A stretch of 64,000 bases of DNA from Prevotella sp. (GTDB lineage Bacteria; Bacteroidota; Bacteroidia; Bacteroidales; Bacteroidaceae). The number at the start of each line of letters is the position of its first letter. Position 1 is the first letter of the stretch. Under the pieces are notes generated by a model. The model worked only from the letters and a program-made list of their open reading frames with translations. It ran no database searches and was not told where the DNA came from. Shown piece by piece: positions 45,566 to 55,012 of this stretch. The position numbers and the translations under genes are program-made. The stretch lies in contig JAZUMR010000014.1 in assembly GCA_045603685.1 (NCBI GenBank), forward strand, positions 3,101 to 67,100, given 5' to 3'.

Positions 45566-48500
45566 TCAGTTCGTCACGACAATCTTCTTTGCCTTCGACA
45601 CGTTCCGGCTGCCATCGCATGATATGTTGACGCGATAGAGATAGACTCCCGTTCTCAGACGCTTGCCGTTGGCTATTGTCACATCCCACGGAACAGTGCA
45701 TGTGGTAGTGCCCGGTGTAGATGGCGATATAATCTTATGCAGCAGTCTGCCGCTCATATCGAATATCTCTATCATCACATCAAACTCCGATCCTGGCCTG
45801 TTGTGCGTCACAATGAATGTCGTGGCGTCCTGTGCAGGATTCTGTGTGGCATTTACATCGACGATATTCGGTGCGAGTCCCTCTACGACATTGAATGACA
45901 GGCGTGTCACGGAAGGGTTGTTCAATACGTCCCACACTCTGAACTGCAGCGTATGTATGCCTGGCTCGAGATGCGGCAGATAGCAGAATGTGGTGCCTTC
46001 GGTATATGTTCCGAAGTTATAATTGAAGTTTTCGTTCAGATTATAGGTCATGCTGGCATCATTGTCTATTATCAGCTGCATGTCATGTCCTATTCCTGCG
46101 CCCGACGCATTGATGCCGTCAGCATCCTTTATCTCCGCCACGAAGAACGGAGTATTGTTCACATTGCCGCCGTTGACAAACATCGGCGAGTTAAGATAGC
46201 AATACACTGACGGCCCTATCGAGTCGTTATGCTGCACCGAAGAACCGCCTACACGGAACTCATCACACTCGCCGTGGGCAGTCATCTGCCCGTCGCTGGT
46301 GTATGCGAACATAGTAATCAGTCCGTTATCATCTGAGTAATTGATGTCCTTCGGCACTACGAAGGTTATGTCGAAACGTCCGTTGCGCACACTATCCGTA
46401 CCCGAGAACAGTGTCTTCGTGCGGTCGTAGAACGTGAAAACTTCATCGAGTGCAGGGTCATTGCCTAAGCATTCCTGCATCTCACGGCTGTCTCTGACAA
46501 GCACAGAGATGAGTCCGCTGAAGTCAGACATGACATTCTTTCCGTCGCCTACGTATCCCTTGACACGCACCTTGCTGTTAGCCTTAAGCATAGGGACAGC
46601 CCCCTCGCCCACTCTGACGTCATTAATAGAATCCACTACGCATTTCGCCACAGGCACATTGAGAGCCAGGGCTGGGTCGCCCAGGAGCGAGTACTGCAAC
46701 TTATTGACAGTCTTGTCCTTGCCCGACGTAACAAGATACTCTTTCACACGGCGGTTTGCCTCGCCCAGTGTGATGCGTCTGCCGTCCTCCGTCTGCAGAG
46801 CTATCTCCAGGAAAGCCTTGTTCGTATGCTCGTTATAGTTAGAGTAGACGGTGCGTGTGGTGCCGTAGAACGCTACGCCTCCGCCATTCTGATTCAGCAG
46901 GATGCTCTCGCCTATTGTCGGCGTTGTTCCGTCGAACGGGCCGATATTGCACGATGCTGTAATCCATACAGGCAGGTTGGTATTCTTGAAAGCATTGAAA
47001 TCGTCTATATCGAGAACTCTTTCGTGTGATATAGACTGCGGTTCACCGTGTCCGCAGAAGTCCATTATCAGCGCACCCGTCTTCTGCTGCGCCTTGATGA
47101 TGTTAGTGCAGTCAGGGTATCTGAAACCTGTAGCGGTCTCCACACGCTTGAATGAGTCCCACATAACCTTGCGCACATTGAATCCGGGGTATCTCATCGC
47201 TATGGCATCCGCTGTCTTATTGAGGTCTCTCATGTGCAGATTCTGGTCGCCATCGTCGCCCATGAACATGATAGTGTTCTGCCATTGGCCTGCATTTCGG
47301 TTCTCGGCGTATGCTATAGTCTTGTCAATCACGCTGCGAGCCTCATCGACCGTAAGCACCGGCATACGGCCGATTGCTATGTCAGGTATGCCGAGTGAGT
47401 ATCCGTCAGACATAATCTGCTCATTGTCATCGAGCATTCCTATGAAGTCGTCAGACACATAGCAGTCTATCTCATTGTACGAATTTTCGCTCTCATAGCA
47501 TAATAGCATGTTGTTAGCATCAAGCGAACGGCAGTCGCCTGTGAGCAGGCGGTTGTCCCAGACGCAGTCGCCAAGCAGCAGAAGGTGCATTCTCTGATGT
47601 GCCGCCCCCTCACTCCTGTCGTACATCATCTTCATGTATCGCTTGTATGCCGACACATCCGGCGTACCGCTTGAGAACTCATTGTACAGCTCGTCAGCAG
47701 GAACAATGCGCACAGACATGTTGTCAAACTGCTCATGATGCTGCTTCAGACGCTCCGCCTGGTCACGAAGATGCTGTGACGCAGGTATGATTATGGTCAG
47801 GTCGACCGCCTCGTGGGCGTGCATGTTCTGGTTTGTGATGTTATGAACATACTCTGCTGGCGGACATGCAAGTGCTGCAATGTCAATGTCGGTGCCGACT
47901 TTCTCTGCGCAAATCAGTGCGTAGTCCAGCCTGACTGGTCCGCCTGCGGTGCACGAAATCTTTATCTCGTTTGTCTCACTGAGAGCCTTCAGACGGTAAG
48001 TCTGTGAAGCGAAACATGCCTTGTCGTAATACCCCATCGTCAGGTTTCCCGTTCCTAAGAGCGAGTCGCCCAGATGTATCTGGAACTTGCTGTCGCTCTT
48101 TGCGCTGACACTGACCGTCAGCTGCGCCCCGGCACTCAGCACAGCATTATGCGGAGCGTTGATTTTTACTGTGTACTGTCTGCCTGACGGAATCTCCGCA
48201 GCCTCAACCAGATTGCGTCCGCCCTGCATCCAGGCGTAGTTATCCACCTCATGCAGCGCATAGAAACGCTCGTATGACTCTATCCATTTCTGCTCAAGCG
48301 ACTCCTTGCTGACAGTGTCCTGCGGCTCGTCACGCTGCGTTATGAAGTAGTATCCGTATTCAGAATACGGGTTGCGGGTTCTTCCCTGCATATTCTTCCG
48401 CTCCCACGAGACAGGGCCCTTGGCATAGAACAGGCGGCGTCCGTCAACGATGGCGCTCTCCACCGGCACCAGGTCGTCATGCTCACGAAGGTATTCGTCG

Positions 48501-49123
48501 GTCAGAACCTCTGGCACAAGGTTTCCGCCATAGCCATAAATATGCACCTTGCTGATGTCTGTGAATCCCGCACGGCGTATGACATCCGCTGTCAACTCAT
48601 AGAAGCCAGTCTTCGGCACACGTATCTTTGCCCACTGCCCCTCTGCAAGAAGCGAATTGCGCACATACCGCTCAGCGTTCAGAGTCCCAGCCCTCATGGC
48701 TCTCTGCTCTCTCCTCTCTGCTCTCTCCTTTGCCTTCGGAGTGACCTTCAGCATGAAACTTACAAGGAACCTGTACTTGCCTTCGCGGAATACAATAGGC
48801 GTAATGGAGAAGAGCATGGAGGCTTTCTTCCTGCTATGCACTACATGCTGCTCTACAGCTGGCAGCACCGGAGGCTGTTCGTTGCATATTCTTCTGTATG
48901 CAGCGATGTCTGCCTGCGTCATGTCAATAAACTCCGGATAGAGTATCTCAGCGGTATAGAGCGAGTCAGAGTAATATCCTTCAAGCGGCATATTATGGCT
49001 CACAGAAGGCAATACGGAATCAATCTCAACGTCATCTGCCGTGAGATTATAGAAGCGCTGCGCCATCGCAACCTGCGCCACGATAGCCGCCAATGCCAGT
49101 ATGATATAGCGTAATGCCTTCAT
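45566..49123 (-). CDS. porU: T9SS C-terminal signal peptidase/sortase PorU (C25 gingipain-like)
   Basis: 1185 aa with a signal peptide. Has a C25-like region (LLLGDCVWDN, WITASCNIGPFDG) and a T9SS-type C-terminal beta-sandwich (FDMSGRLL..GVYLYRV). Confidence 0.85.
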   Translation of the reverse strand: MKALRYIILALAAIVAQVAMAQRFYNLTADDVEIDSVLPSVSHNMPLEGYYSDSLYTAEILYPEFIDMTQADIAAYRRICNEQPPVLPAVEQHVVHSRKKASMLFSITPIVFREGKYRFLVSFMLKVTPKAKERAERREQRAMRAGTLNAERYVRNSLLAEGQWAKIRVPKTGFYELTADVIRRAGFTDISKVHIYGYGGNLVPEVLTDEYLREHDDLVPVESAIVDGRRLFYAKGPVSWERKNMQGRTRNPYSEYGYYFITQRDEPQDTVSKESLEQKWIESYERFYALHEVDNYAWMQGGRNLVEAAEIPSGRQYTVKINAPHNAVLSAGAQLTVSVSAKSDSKFQIHLGDSLLGTGNLTMGYYDKACFASQTYRLKALSETNEIKISCTAGGPVRLDYALICAEKVGTDIDIAALACPPAEYVHNITNQNMHAHEAVDLTIIIPASQHLRDQAERLKQHHEQFDNMSVRIVPADELYNEFSSGTPDVSAYKRYMKMMYDRSEGAAHQRMHLLLLGDCVWDNRLLTGDCRSLDANNMLLCYESENSYNEIDCYVSDDFIGMLDDNEQIMSDGYSLGIPDIAIGRMPVLTVDEARSVIDKTIAYAENRNAGQWQNTIMFMGDDGDQNLHMRDLNKTADAIAMRYPGFNVRKVMWDSFKRVETATGFRYPDCTNIIKAQQKTGALIMDFCGHGEPQSISHERVLDIDDFNAFKNTNLPVWITASCNIGPFDGTTPTIGESILLNQNGGGVAFYGTTRTVYSNYNEHTNKAFLEIALQTEDGRRITLGEANRRVKEYLVTSGKDKTVNKLQYSLLGDPALALNVPVAKCVVDSINDVRVGEGAVPMLKANSKVRVKGYVGDGKNVMSDFSGLISVLVRDSREMQECLGNDPALDEVFTFYDRTKTLFSGTDSVRNGRFDITFVVPKDINYSDDNGLITMFAYTSDGQMTAHGECDEFRVGGSSVQHNDSIGPSVYCYLNSPMFVNGGNVNNTPFFVAEIKDADGINASGAGIGHDMQLIIDNDASMTYNLNENFNYNFGTYTEGTTFCYLPHLEPGIHTLQFRVWDVLNNPSVTRLSFNVVEGLAPNIVDVNATQNPAQDATTFIVTHNRPGSEFDVMIEIFDMSGRLLHKIISPSTPGTTTCTVPWDVTIANGKRLRTGVYLYRVNISCDGSRNVSKAKKIVVTN

Positions 49124-49177
49124 TAGGGTTTTCTATCCTCTATTGTCTGTTCTCTGTACTCTATTATCTGTTCTCTG

Positions 49178-49816
49178 TTATCTAACATTAAAGTCAAGCA
49201 CTTTGCGCTGTTCGAGATAGCCTTCTATATGGTCGCCTATCGCCACGGGGCCCACTCCAGCAGGAGTACCGGTGTAGAGTATATCGCCTGTCTTCAGCGT
49301 GAAATACTGCGATATGTAGCTCACAAGGCGGTCTATGCTGTGAATCATGTCTGATGTGCATCCCTCCTGCACCGTCTTGCCATTGATGTCGGCATGAAAC
49401 TGCATGCGCTGTATATCGAGGAATTTCTCCTTGTCCACCCATTCGCCTATCACTGCCGAGCCGTCAAAGCCCTTGCATATCTCCCAAGGCTGTCCTTCCT
49501 CCCTCAACCGCTTCTGCAGTTCGCGGGCTGTGAAGTCGATTCCCACTGTCACTGCGTCGTAGTATCTGTGGGCGAAACGCTCCGGAATGCTCTTTCCCAG
49601 ACGGCAGATTCTTACCACCACCTCCGTCTCATAGTCTATCTGACCCATGAAATCTGGCAGGAAGAACGGCTTGCTGTCCTTCAGAAGCGCCGAATCTGCC
49701 TTTGTGAATATCACCGGGTCGCGGTCGTCCGTAGTGCTGACACTCTTCTGTAATAACGTGTTTTTTACTTCTTTATTGTGTAAGGCGTAGTTCATGCCCA
49801 CTGCAAATATCTTCAT
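49178..49816 (-). CDS. Fumarylacetoacetate hydrolase (FAH) family protein
   Basis: PVIFTKADSAL..IDYETEVVV..GIDFTAREL..GDILYTGTPAGVGPV. Confidence 0.85.
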   Translation of the reverse strand: MKIFAVGMNYALHNKEVKNTLLQKSVSTTDDRDPVIFTKADSALLKDSKPFFLPDFMGQIDYETEVVVRICRLGKSIPERFAHRYYDAVTVGIDFTARELQKRLREEGQPWEICKGFDGSAVIGEWVDKEKFLDIQRMQFHADINGKTVQEGCTSDMIHSIDRLVSYISQYFTLKTGDILYTGTPAGVGPVAIGDHIEGYLEQRKVLDFNVR

Positions 49817-49840
49817 AACGGTATTTTTATAATTTTTTTA

Positions 49841-50033
49841 GGTAGGTTCTATTAATTAGCTTTGTCTTGTTTTCAGTTTGTTTTTGTGGGTAGGGTGTCA
49901 TTTTTCTGAAGGAATATAGCGGGCTATATGACTGAAGAAAATGGCAGTCTGCACAAAAAAGAAACAAAAAGAAGGCAAAACGTTAATGCACATAACAAAA
50001 ACAAGATAACGGTGGTGATTAATAGAACCTGCC
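49841..50033. repeat. 193-bp imperfect palindrome with 15/16-matching termini (MITE-like or long structured RNA)
   Basis: ggtaggttctattaat (49841-49856) versus attaatagaacctgcc (50018-50033). The centre is atatagc-gg-gctatat (49914-49929). The arms align segment by segment, with a roughly 30-nt insertion in the right arm. Confidence 0.7.
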
Positions 50034-50082
50034 CTTAGTTAATCTTATTCAAGTCTTCCAGCCGCAAAGCACTGCCTGACGG

Positions 50083-50658
50083 TCAGAATGTCTGGCATAT
50101 CTCACACAGCATACGCTCTGCCTCAGCAAGCTTGCCTTCTATCTCCTCCGGTGTGCTGTAGTCGAGATTGTGCGCCGAGACGGTTATGACATCGCCGCAG
50201 CCCCAAAGTGCCGAGAGGGCTTGCAGATATGTGCTGCCCTGCTCCAGAGCAGACCCTGTCGGGATGTTCATGCCGCGTGTGGTGACATACAGCATGCGCT
50301 TGCATTTGCAGAGTCCAGCGCATGTTGTACCGTTGTCTGTGAACGTCACATTATAAAGCGACATATTCTCTATGAACACCTTCAGAACTGACGGTATGCT
50401 CATATCCCAGAACGGTGCGGCAATGACTATCCTGTCTGCCTCGGCAATGCGACGTGCTGTCTCAACGATATTCTCCGGCACATATCCTTCGTTTCTCTCG
50501 CATAGTATTGCTGGTGTTACAGGCGTCAGCGGCATGGCGTTCACGTCTATCTCCTCTATGTCATAGCGCCCTGCCAGCAGCTTCCTGGCATGCTCCATAA
50601 GCCGTCTCGTCCTTGACTCGGCACGCATGCACGAATTTACAAGTATGAGTTTTTCCAT
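50083..50658 (-). CDS. Flavodoxin-like-fold NAD(P)H-dependent oxidoreductase (azoreductase/quinone reductase family)
   Basis: 191 aa. LILVNSCMRAESRTRRL..IVIAAPFWDMSIPSVLKVFIE. Confidence 0.7.
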   Translation of the reverse strand: MEKLILVNSCMRAESRTRRLMEHARKLLAGRYDIEEIDVNAMPLTPVTPAILCERNEGYVPENIVETARRIAEADRIVIAAPFWDMSIPSVLKVFIENMSLYNVTFTDNGTTCAGLCKCKRMLYVTTRGMNIPTGSALEQGSTYLQALSALWGCGDVITVSAHNLDYSTPEEIEGKLAEAERMLCEICQTF

Positions 50659-50738
50659 TTGTGTGTTACTGTTATGATGTGTTTCCGCCGTGCGTCACGC
50701 TCCGAAAGCCGCCGTCATGCTCCGCACGTGCATAAATG

Positions 50739-50746
50739 CAAAAATA
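50739..50746 (-). promoter_or_regulatory. -7 box TATTTTTG for the oxidoreductase gene
   Basis: The + strand reads caaaaata. Confidence 0.45.
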
Positions 50747-50959
50747 CGAAAAAACTTATGTATAGCGGTTAGAGAGAAGCGGAATTTAACCGAAGTTAAC
50801 AGAACCGGGGCTTCAATAGCGGCAGGACAGAAGCATTAAAGCATTCTTGCGGAGGGGAAAACTGACATAGAAATCTGCTCTGAGTTTTCTATGAAAAACC
50901 TCAACTCCCACCGCTCAATTTCGCTTTCCCTGTCTCTTTTATCTGATTTTTTGTTGTTC

Positions 50960-51255
50960 AGACAACGAAAAATGCCAAAGAACCGACTGATTTGCAGTGG
51001 GCAGACGGGTCAAATAGTGCATGTCATTTTGCCAAAAGCTACTTCTTGCAGCGTCATTCGTAGCCTCTTGGCTTGTAAGATGCTGTCTCTTGCAGCGCCA
51101 GTCCTGCCATTTTAATCGCACAGACATAATAACCTTCTGTATTACAAGCATTTACGTCAACCGTAATTTCCTTGCGATATTTCTGCACTTCGTCGCTTCC
51201 GAAATTCTACAGACGATTCTCGCGCGTTAATAAATGTAAAGTTTTCTAATTCGGA
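50960..51255 (+). repeat. About 296-bp interspersed repeat, family B copy
   Basis: Aligns by eye end to end, at roughly 65-70 percent identity, with 63392-63688. Shared blocks include gctacttcttgca.cgtcattcgtagcct.ttggc and ctacag.cgattctc..gcgttaa.aaa.gtaaagttttctaatt. Confidence 0.75.
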
Positions 51256-51393
51256 ATCCATGCGGCGGAATGCAGAACTGGCTGTCTGGATGAGCAGAAC
51301 GGAGGCGCATGAGGGTATGAACAAGTGCTTGGGATGAGCAGCACAAACTGTCTGAAAGAGCAGGACGGCAGCGTGCAAATGGCAGGGGCATGT

Positions 51394-51440
51394 ATAAAAA
51401 CAGCGTGGCTGCCCACGACCATATTGTCATGAGCAGCCAC
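51394..51440 (-). terminator. Rho-independent terminator of the ECF operon
   Basis: gtggctgc (51405-51412) pairs with gcagccac (51433-51440). The minus strand continues gctgttttta. Confidence 0.7.
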
Positions 51441-51494
51441 GAGCAAAAAGCATAGTTATGTTCTGAAACCGCTGCGAATGCGCCTTGGCGTCGC

Positions 51495-51869
51495 CTATTC
51501 CATCACAAGAAGTTCGTAGCGTATGCCGTCTTCTGATACAGGCACACCTGTCAGCACTTCTGCCGGAGCTGTTTCCTGCCTGCTGACCGCCGGAAGGGTG
51601 CGGTATATTGTGTCGCGCTCTGTCACACGCTCCACCTCCTTTATGTATACTGTGTCTGTCTTAGCCATCGCCAGCACATCATCCGGCGGGCAATTCTCCC
51701 TGAACTGCACTCCAAAGAAGAATCCGAGAAGTGCGGCGGCTGGGATAAAGACCGCCCACGAAGGTATCACCAGCCGTCTGCGTCGCCACGGCTTGATGCG
51801 CAGATGTTCGTTCTCTGCATCTCTGAGTCTTCTGGCAGACTCCGCTATCTCATGTTCGTTAATCTTCAT
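51495..51869 (-). CDS. Putative anti-sigma factor (single-pass membrane protein)
   Basis: 124 aa. One TM segment (VIPSWAVFIPAAALLGFFFGV). Overlaps the sigma gene by 11 nt. Confidence 0.5.
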   Translation of the reverse strand: MKINEHEIAESARRLRDAENEHLRIKPWRRRRLVIPSWAVFIPAAALLGFFFGVQFRENCPPDDVLAMAKTDTVYIKEVERVTERDTIYRTLPAVSRQETAPAEVLTGVPVSEDGIRYELLVME

Positions 51870-52428
51870 ATCTTTTCAACTGGGTTTTTATGTTGCTAAT
51901 AAGTCTGTGCAATCTTGACTTTACTGTTCCCTCGGGAATGCCTATAATGCCTGCAATCGCCGCCACGCTCTGCTCTTCCTCATAACGAAGCGAAAACAGC
52001 ACACGGCTTTCATCGCTGAGCGATGCGAGTATCTCGTGCAGCGCACGGTCAAGTGTAGCGCGGTCAATATCCACTTCTACGCTTGGCGATACCGCTCCGT
52101 CTGCGGCTGTCTGCCCGTTTTCCTCTGTCCATCTGCTCTCCACCTGCTGATGTCTCCATGTGTTGCGGCATAGATTATAGGCAATGGAGAACAGCCACGG
52201 CTCTACTTTCTTGCCCTCACGCCATGTGTGGCGAGCAGCGTATGCCCTTAGGAAGACATCCTGCGTAAGGTCGTCGGCAAGATGGCGGCAGGAGTTCTGG
52301 CGGCTGAAGAATCCTTTCAGACGCAGCGCATAGCGGCTGTATAGCTCCTCGAACGCTCGTTCGCTGCCATGTGCCGCACGCTGCATCAGTTTCTCATCGC
52401 TCTGCCGCGACAATATAAATCCTATCAT
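51859..52428 (-). CDS. RNA polymerase ECF-type sigma-70 factor
   Basis: Region 2 DDLTQDVFLRAY..PWLFSIAYNLCRN and region 4 SVAAIAGIIGIPEGTVKSRLHR. Confidence 0.9.
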   Translation of the reverse strand: MIGFILSRQSDEKLMQRAAHGSERAFEELYSRYALRLKGFFSRQNSCRHLADDLTQDVFLRAYAARHTWREGKKVEPWLFSIAYNLCRNTWRHQQVESRWTEENGQTAADGAVSPSVEVDIDRATLDRALHEILASLSDESRVLFSLRYEEEQSVAAIAGIIGIPEGTVKSRLHRLISNIKTQLKRYED

Positions 52429-52435
52429 GTCGGTA

Positions 52436-53578
52436 TCAAGGTAATATCTTCTTCATGTGCGCTATCCGCTCCTCACCGATGCCACTGTTGTCTAATGCCG
52501 CTGTCAGGATTCTGTGCAGCCATTTATATCGCTCCAGATTGGTTTTCTTGTAGTAATACAGGAGGTCGTTGAGTATCACCGCATAGTTCAGGTTAAACCT
52601 GTTTCCGCTCACCCACATGTTAGGCGTAAACGATTCTACAAGATACTCCAGCATGTAGTTCTGCTCCACATTCCTGCGCTTTACAGAGAAGTTGTCATAC
52701 GATTTCTCTGAATATTTCAGCGTGAGACCCTCATTGTAGAGCCTTGCAGCCCACGGCCCTATAACCTCATGCTCTGCGCACGAAGAGAAATACATAGGGC
52801 GGCGGGTGCCATTGCGCAGCGCTTCGATGGCTACATATTCATTATAGTCATAGTCAGCCTGGCTCTTCGCCTCCTTAAACTGCGGCAGCTCCACGCCAAG
52901 CTTTGCAAACATACGCTCGCGATACTGCCTTATGGCGAGAAACGGCAGGCATACTATGACCTTGTCCTCATGCAGTCCCTTGGCATACTGCAGCATCCAT
53001 TTGGGTATGACGAGGGCGTCGCCGTTGCCGATATATATTCCGCCTTGCTCCATGCCCTGCATCTCGTTGTAGCTGTACTGCAGGACGGCTGGCGAATACA
53101 GTCCGCTCTCGTAGTATCTTTTTGCTATGCTCGACATCTTCTCCTCGTCAAACGTCATTGCTGAATAGCAGAACCATGTGTCATAGTCGAGATAGTCCAT
53201 TGTCTCCGGCAGGCGTTTCATGGCCTCGACGGCATACTGATGGCAGTCTAACGTGCCCATCTTGCTGCGGTAATTGGCAAAGTAGAACGTATAGGTGTCT
53301 GGTATGGCTTCTTCCATTTCGCGCAGTACACGGTTCAATGTGCTGTCGCTGGAATTGCTGTCTCTGTCGTAATACCATGCCGCAAGGAAATAGTTGCGCC
53401 ATGCAGTCTCGTCATCTGGCTTCTGACGCGTCATCTGCCTCCACGCTTTCATCTGCTCCGAATAGTACGAGGCATTATGTTCACTGACAACCGGACCTGT
53501 TATTTTCTCCGCCTTGGTCTGTCCGTTAGTCTGGAGAGTCATCGCTGTGAGGGCGATAATGATAAGAATCTTTTTCAT
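52436..53578 (-). CDS. Secreted protein of unknown function, first gene of the ECF operon
   Basis: Start at ATG 53578 (MKKILIIIALTAMTLQTNGQ). 380 aa, no family recognised. 7-nt gap to the sigma gene. Confidence 0.7.
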   Translation of the reverse strand: MKKILIIIALTAMTLQTNGQTKAEKITGPVVSEHNASYYSEQMKAWRQMTRQKPDDETAWRNYFLAAWYYDRDSNSSDSTLNRVLREMEEAIPDTYTFYFANYRSKMGTLDCHQYAVEAMKRLPETMDYLDYDTWFCYSAMTFDEEKMSSIAKRYYESGLYSPAVLQYSYNEMQGMEQGGIYIGNGDALVIPKWMLQYAKGLHEDKVIVCLPFLAIRQYRERMFAKLGVELPQFKEAKSQADYDYNEYVAIEALRNGTRRPMYFSSCAEHEVIGPWAARLYNEGLTLKYSEKSYDNFSVKRRNVEQNYMLEYLVESFTPNMWVSGNRFNLNYAVILNDLLYYYKKTNLERYKWLHRILTAALDNSGIGEERIAHMKKILP

Positions 53579-53666
53579 GTGTTCTGTTGTTTGGGTTTCT
53601 GATAATGCATACACCTGAACACGGGAAACGTTCGCTCGTCTGACGTTTTTTTTGTTTTTACAGAAA

Positions 53667-53711
53667 CGAAAAAGGGGTGACAGACGCCGTCTTGCGGCAT
53701 GCTGTCACCCC
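53667..53711 (-). terminator. Rho-independent terminator of the SDR gene
   Basis: ggggtgacag (53674-53683) pairs with ctgtcacccc (53702-53711). The minus strand continues tttttcg. Confidence 0.8.
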
Positions 53712-53732
53712 TGTTCTTGTGGTTTTGTATGT

Positions 53733-54533
53733 TTATGGCTGCTTGCCGATGTATGCGAGGATACCACCGTCAACGTAGAGCACATGTCCGTTCACAGCGT
53801 CTGACGCCTTTGAAGCGAGGAATACTGCAGGTCCGCCCAGCTCTTCTGGGTCGAGCCAGCGTCCTGCTGGTGTCTTAGCGCAGATGAATGAGTCAAATGG
53901 ATGACGGCTGCCGTCTGCCTGACGCTCACGGAGTGGTGCTGTCTGAGGTGTAGCGATGTAGCCAGGGCCAATGCCATTGCACTGGATGTTGTACTCACCG
54001 TACTCTGAACAGATATTGCGTGTAAGCATCTTCAGACCGCCCTTAGCAGCTGCGTAAGCAGATACTGTCTCACGGCCGAGCTCTGACATCATAGAACAGA
54101 TGTTGATAATCTTGCCCTCACGGCGCTCCATCATCTCTGGGAGAACTGCACTTGCGCAGATATATGGAGCCACGAGGTCGATGTCAATCACCTGCTGGAA
54201 CTCTGCACGCTTCATCTCATGCATAGGAATACGCTTGATGATACCGGCGTTGTTTACGAGAATATCTATCTGTCCTACCTCAGCGTGTATCTTCTCAACG
54301 AGAGCCTTAACGCCTTCCTCGTCAGTAACGTCACAAACGTAGCCCTTAACGTTCTCTATACCAGCAGCCTTGTAGTTCTCAAGACCACGCTGCAGAGCAG
54401 CCTCGTTGATGTCGTTGAAGACAATCATGTTTACTCCAGCCTCAACAAAAGCCTTCGCAATGTTGAAACCAATACCGTAAGATGCGCCTGTGATCCATGC
54501 GTTCTTACCTTCAAGAGAGAATGGATTTGCCAT
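53733..54533 (-). CDS. Short-chain dehydrogenase/reductase, gluconate 5-dehydrogenase-like
   Basis: FSLEGKNAWITGASYGIGFNIAKAF..GYVCDVTDEEGV..NNAGII..YAAAKGG. Confidence 0.8.
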   Translation of the reverse strand: MANPFSLEGKNAWITGASYGIGFNIAKAFVEAGVNMIVFNDINEAALQRGLENYKAAGIENVKGYVCDVTDEEGVKALVEKIHAEVGQIDILVNNAGIIKRIPMHEMKRAEFQQVIDIDLVAPYICASAVLPEMMERREGKIINICSMMSELGRETVSAYAAAKGGLKMLTRNICSEYGEYNIQCNGIGPGYIATPQTAPLRERQADGSRHPFDSFICAKTPAGRWLDPEELGGPAVFLASKASDAVNGHVLYVDGGILAYIGKQP

Positions 54534-54644
54534 AATTATTCTGTGTTAGTTATAAGTTGATATTATATTACAATGTGTTTACTATAGTATGATTGTGCTA
54601 TGGAGTCTGTCAGCCGCAGGATGCTGCATAGCACTATTACGCAA

Positions 54645-54652
54645 CAAAGTTA
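54645..54652 (-). promoter_or_regulatory. -7 box TAACTTTG for the SDR gene
   Basis: The + strand reads caaagtta. Confidence 0.5.
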
Positions 54653-54825
54653 ATAAAAATTCTTTTTATTCGGCATAATACCCTGCATATTTAGCATAAT
54701 TTTGTATTTCAGGGGAAACAAAATACTGCGGATGGAGGGGCAGAAAGACAAATGGCAGCGATAGGCTGCGGCAATCAGTGCTTTTAAGGAATAGGACTTA
54801 CAGGACAAGACTGTGCTTTACGGAC

Positions 54826-54881
54826 AAAAAACAGCAAAAAGAAAAAGGCTAACATACTACTAATGAGCATATTAGCCTTTT
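54826..54881 (-). terminator. Terminator downstream of tRNA-Gln
   Basis: aaaggctaa (54844-54852) pairs with ttagccttt (54872-54880). The minus strand continues ttctttttgctgtttttt. Confidence 0.8.
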
Positions 54882-54887
54882 CTTGTG

Positions 54888-54958
54888 TTGTCCCACTAGG
54901 ACTCGAACCTAGTCAAACAGAACCAAAACCTGTTGTGCTACCATTACACCATGGGACA
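54888..54958 (-). tRNA. tRNA-Gln (anticodon UUG)
   Basis: Cloverleaf folded by hand. 7-bp acceptor TGTCCCA/TGGGACA, 4-bp D stem, anticodon stem ACAGG/TCTGT with loop TT-TTG-GT, T arm CTAGG-TTCGAGT-CCTAG, 71 nt, CCA not encoded. Confidence 0.9.
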
Positions 54959-54980
54959 ATCACTGCATATTTTTGCGGTG

Positions 54981-54988
54981 CAAAGGTA
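54981..54988 (-). promoter_or_regulatory. -7 box TACCTTTG directly upstream of tRNA-Gln
   Basis: The + strand reads caaaggta, 23 nt upstream of the tRNA 5' end. Confidence 0.55.
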
Positions 54989-55012
54989 ATAATTTTTTAC
55001 CTAACACCCAAA

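Noticed and set aside
50939-51151. Small ORF sharing QxATNDxARSS with ORF 63338-63559; possible conserved micro-protein.
   Set aside because: The two loci are about 65-70 percent identical at the DNA level and the codon differences are mostly non-synonymous. The frames break outside the shared block. This is better explained as the family B nucleotide repeat.
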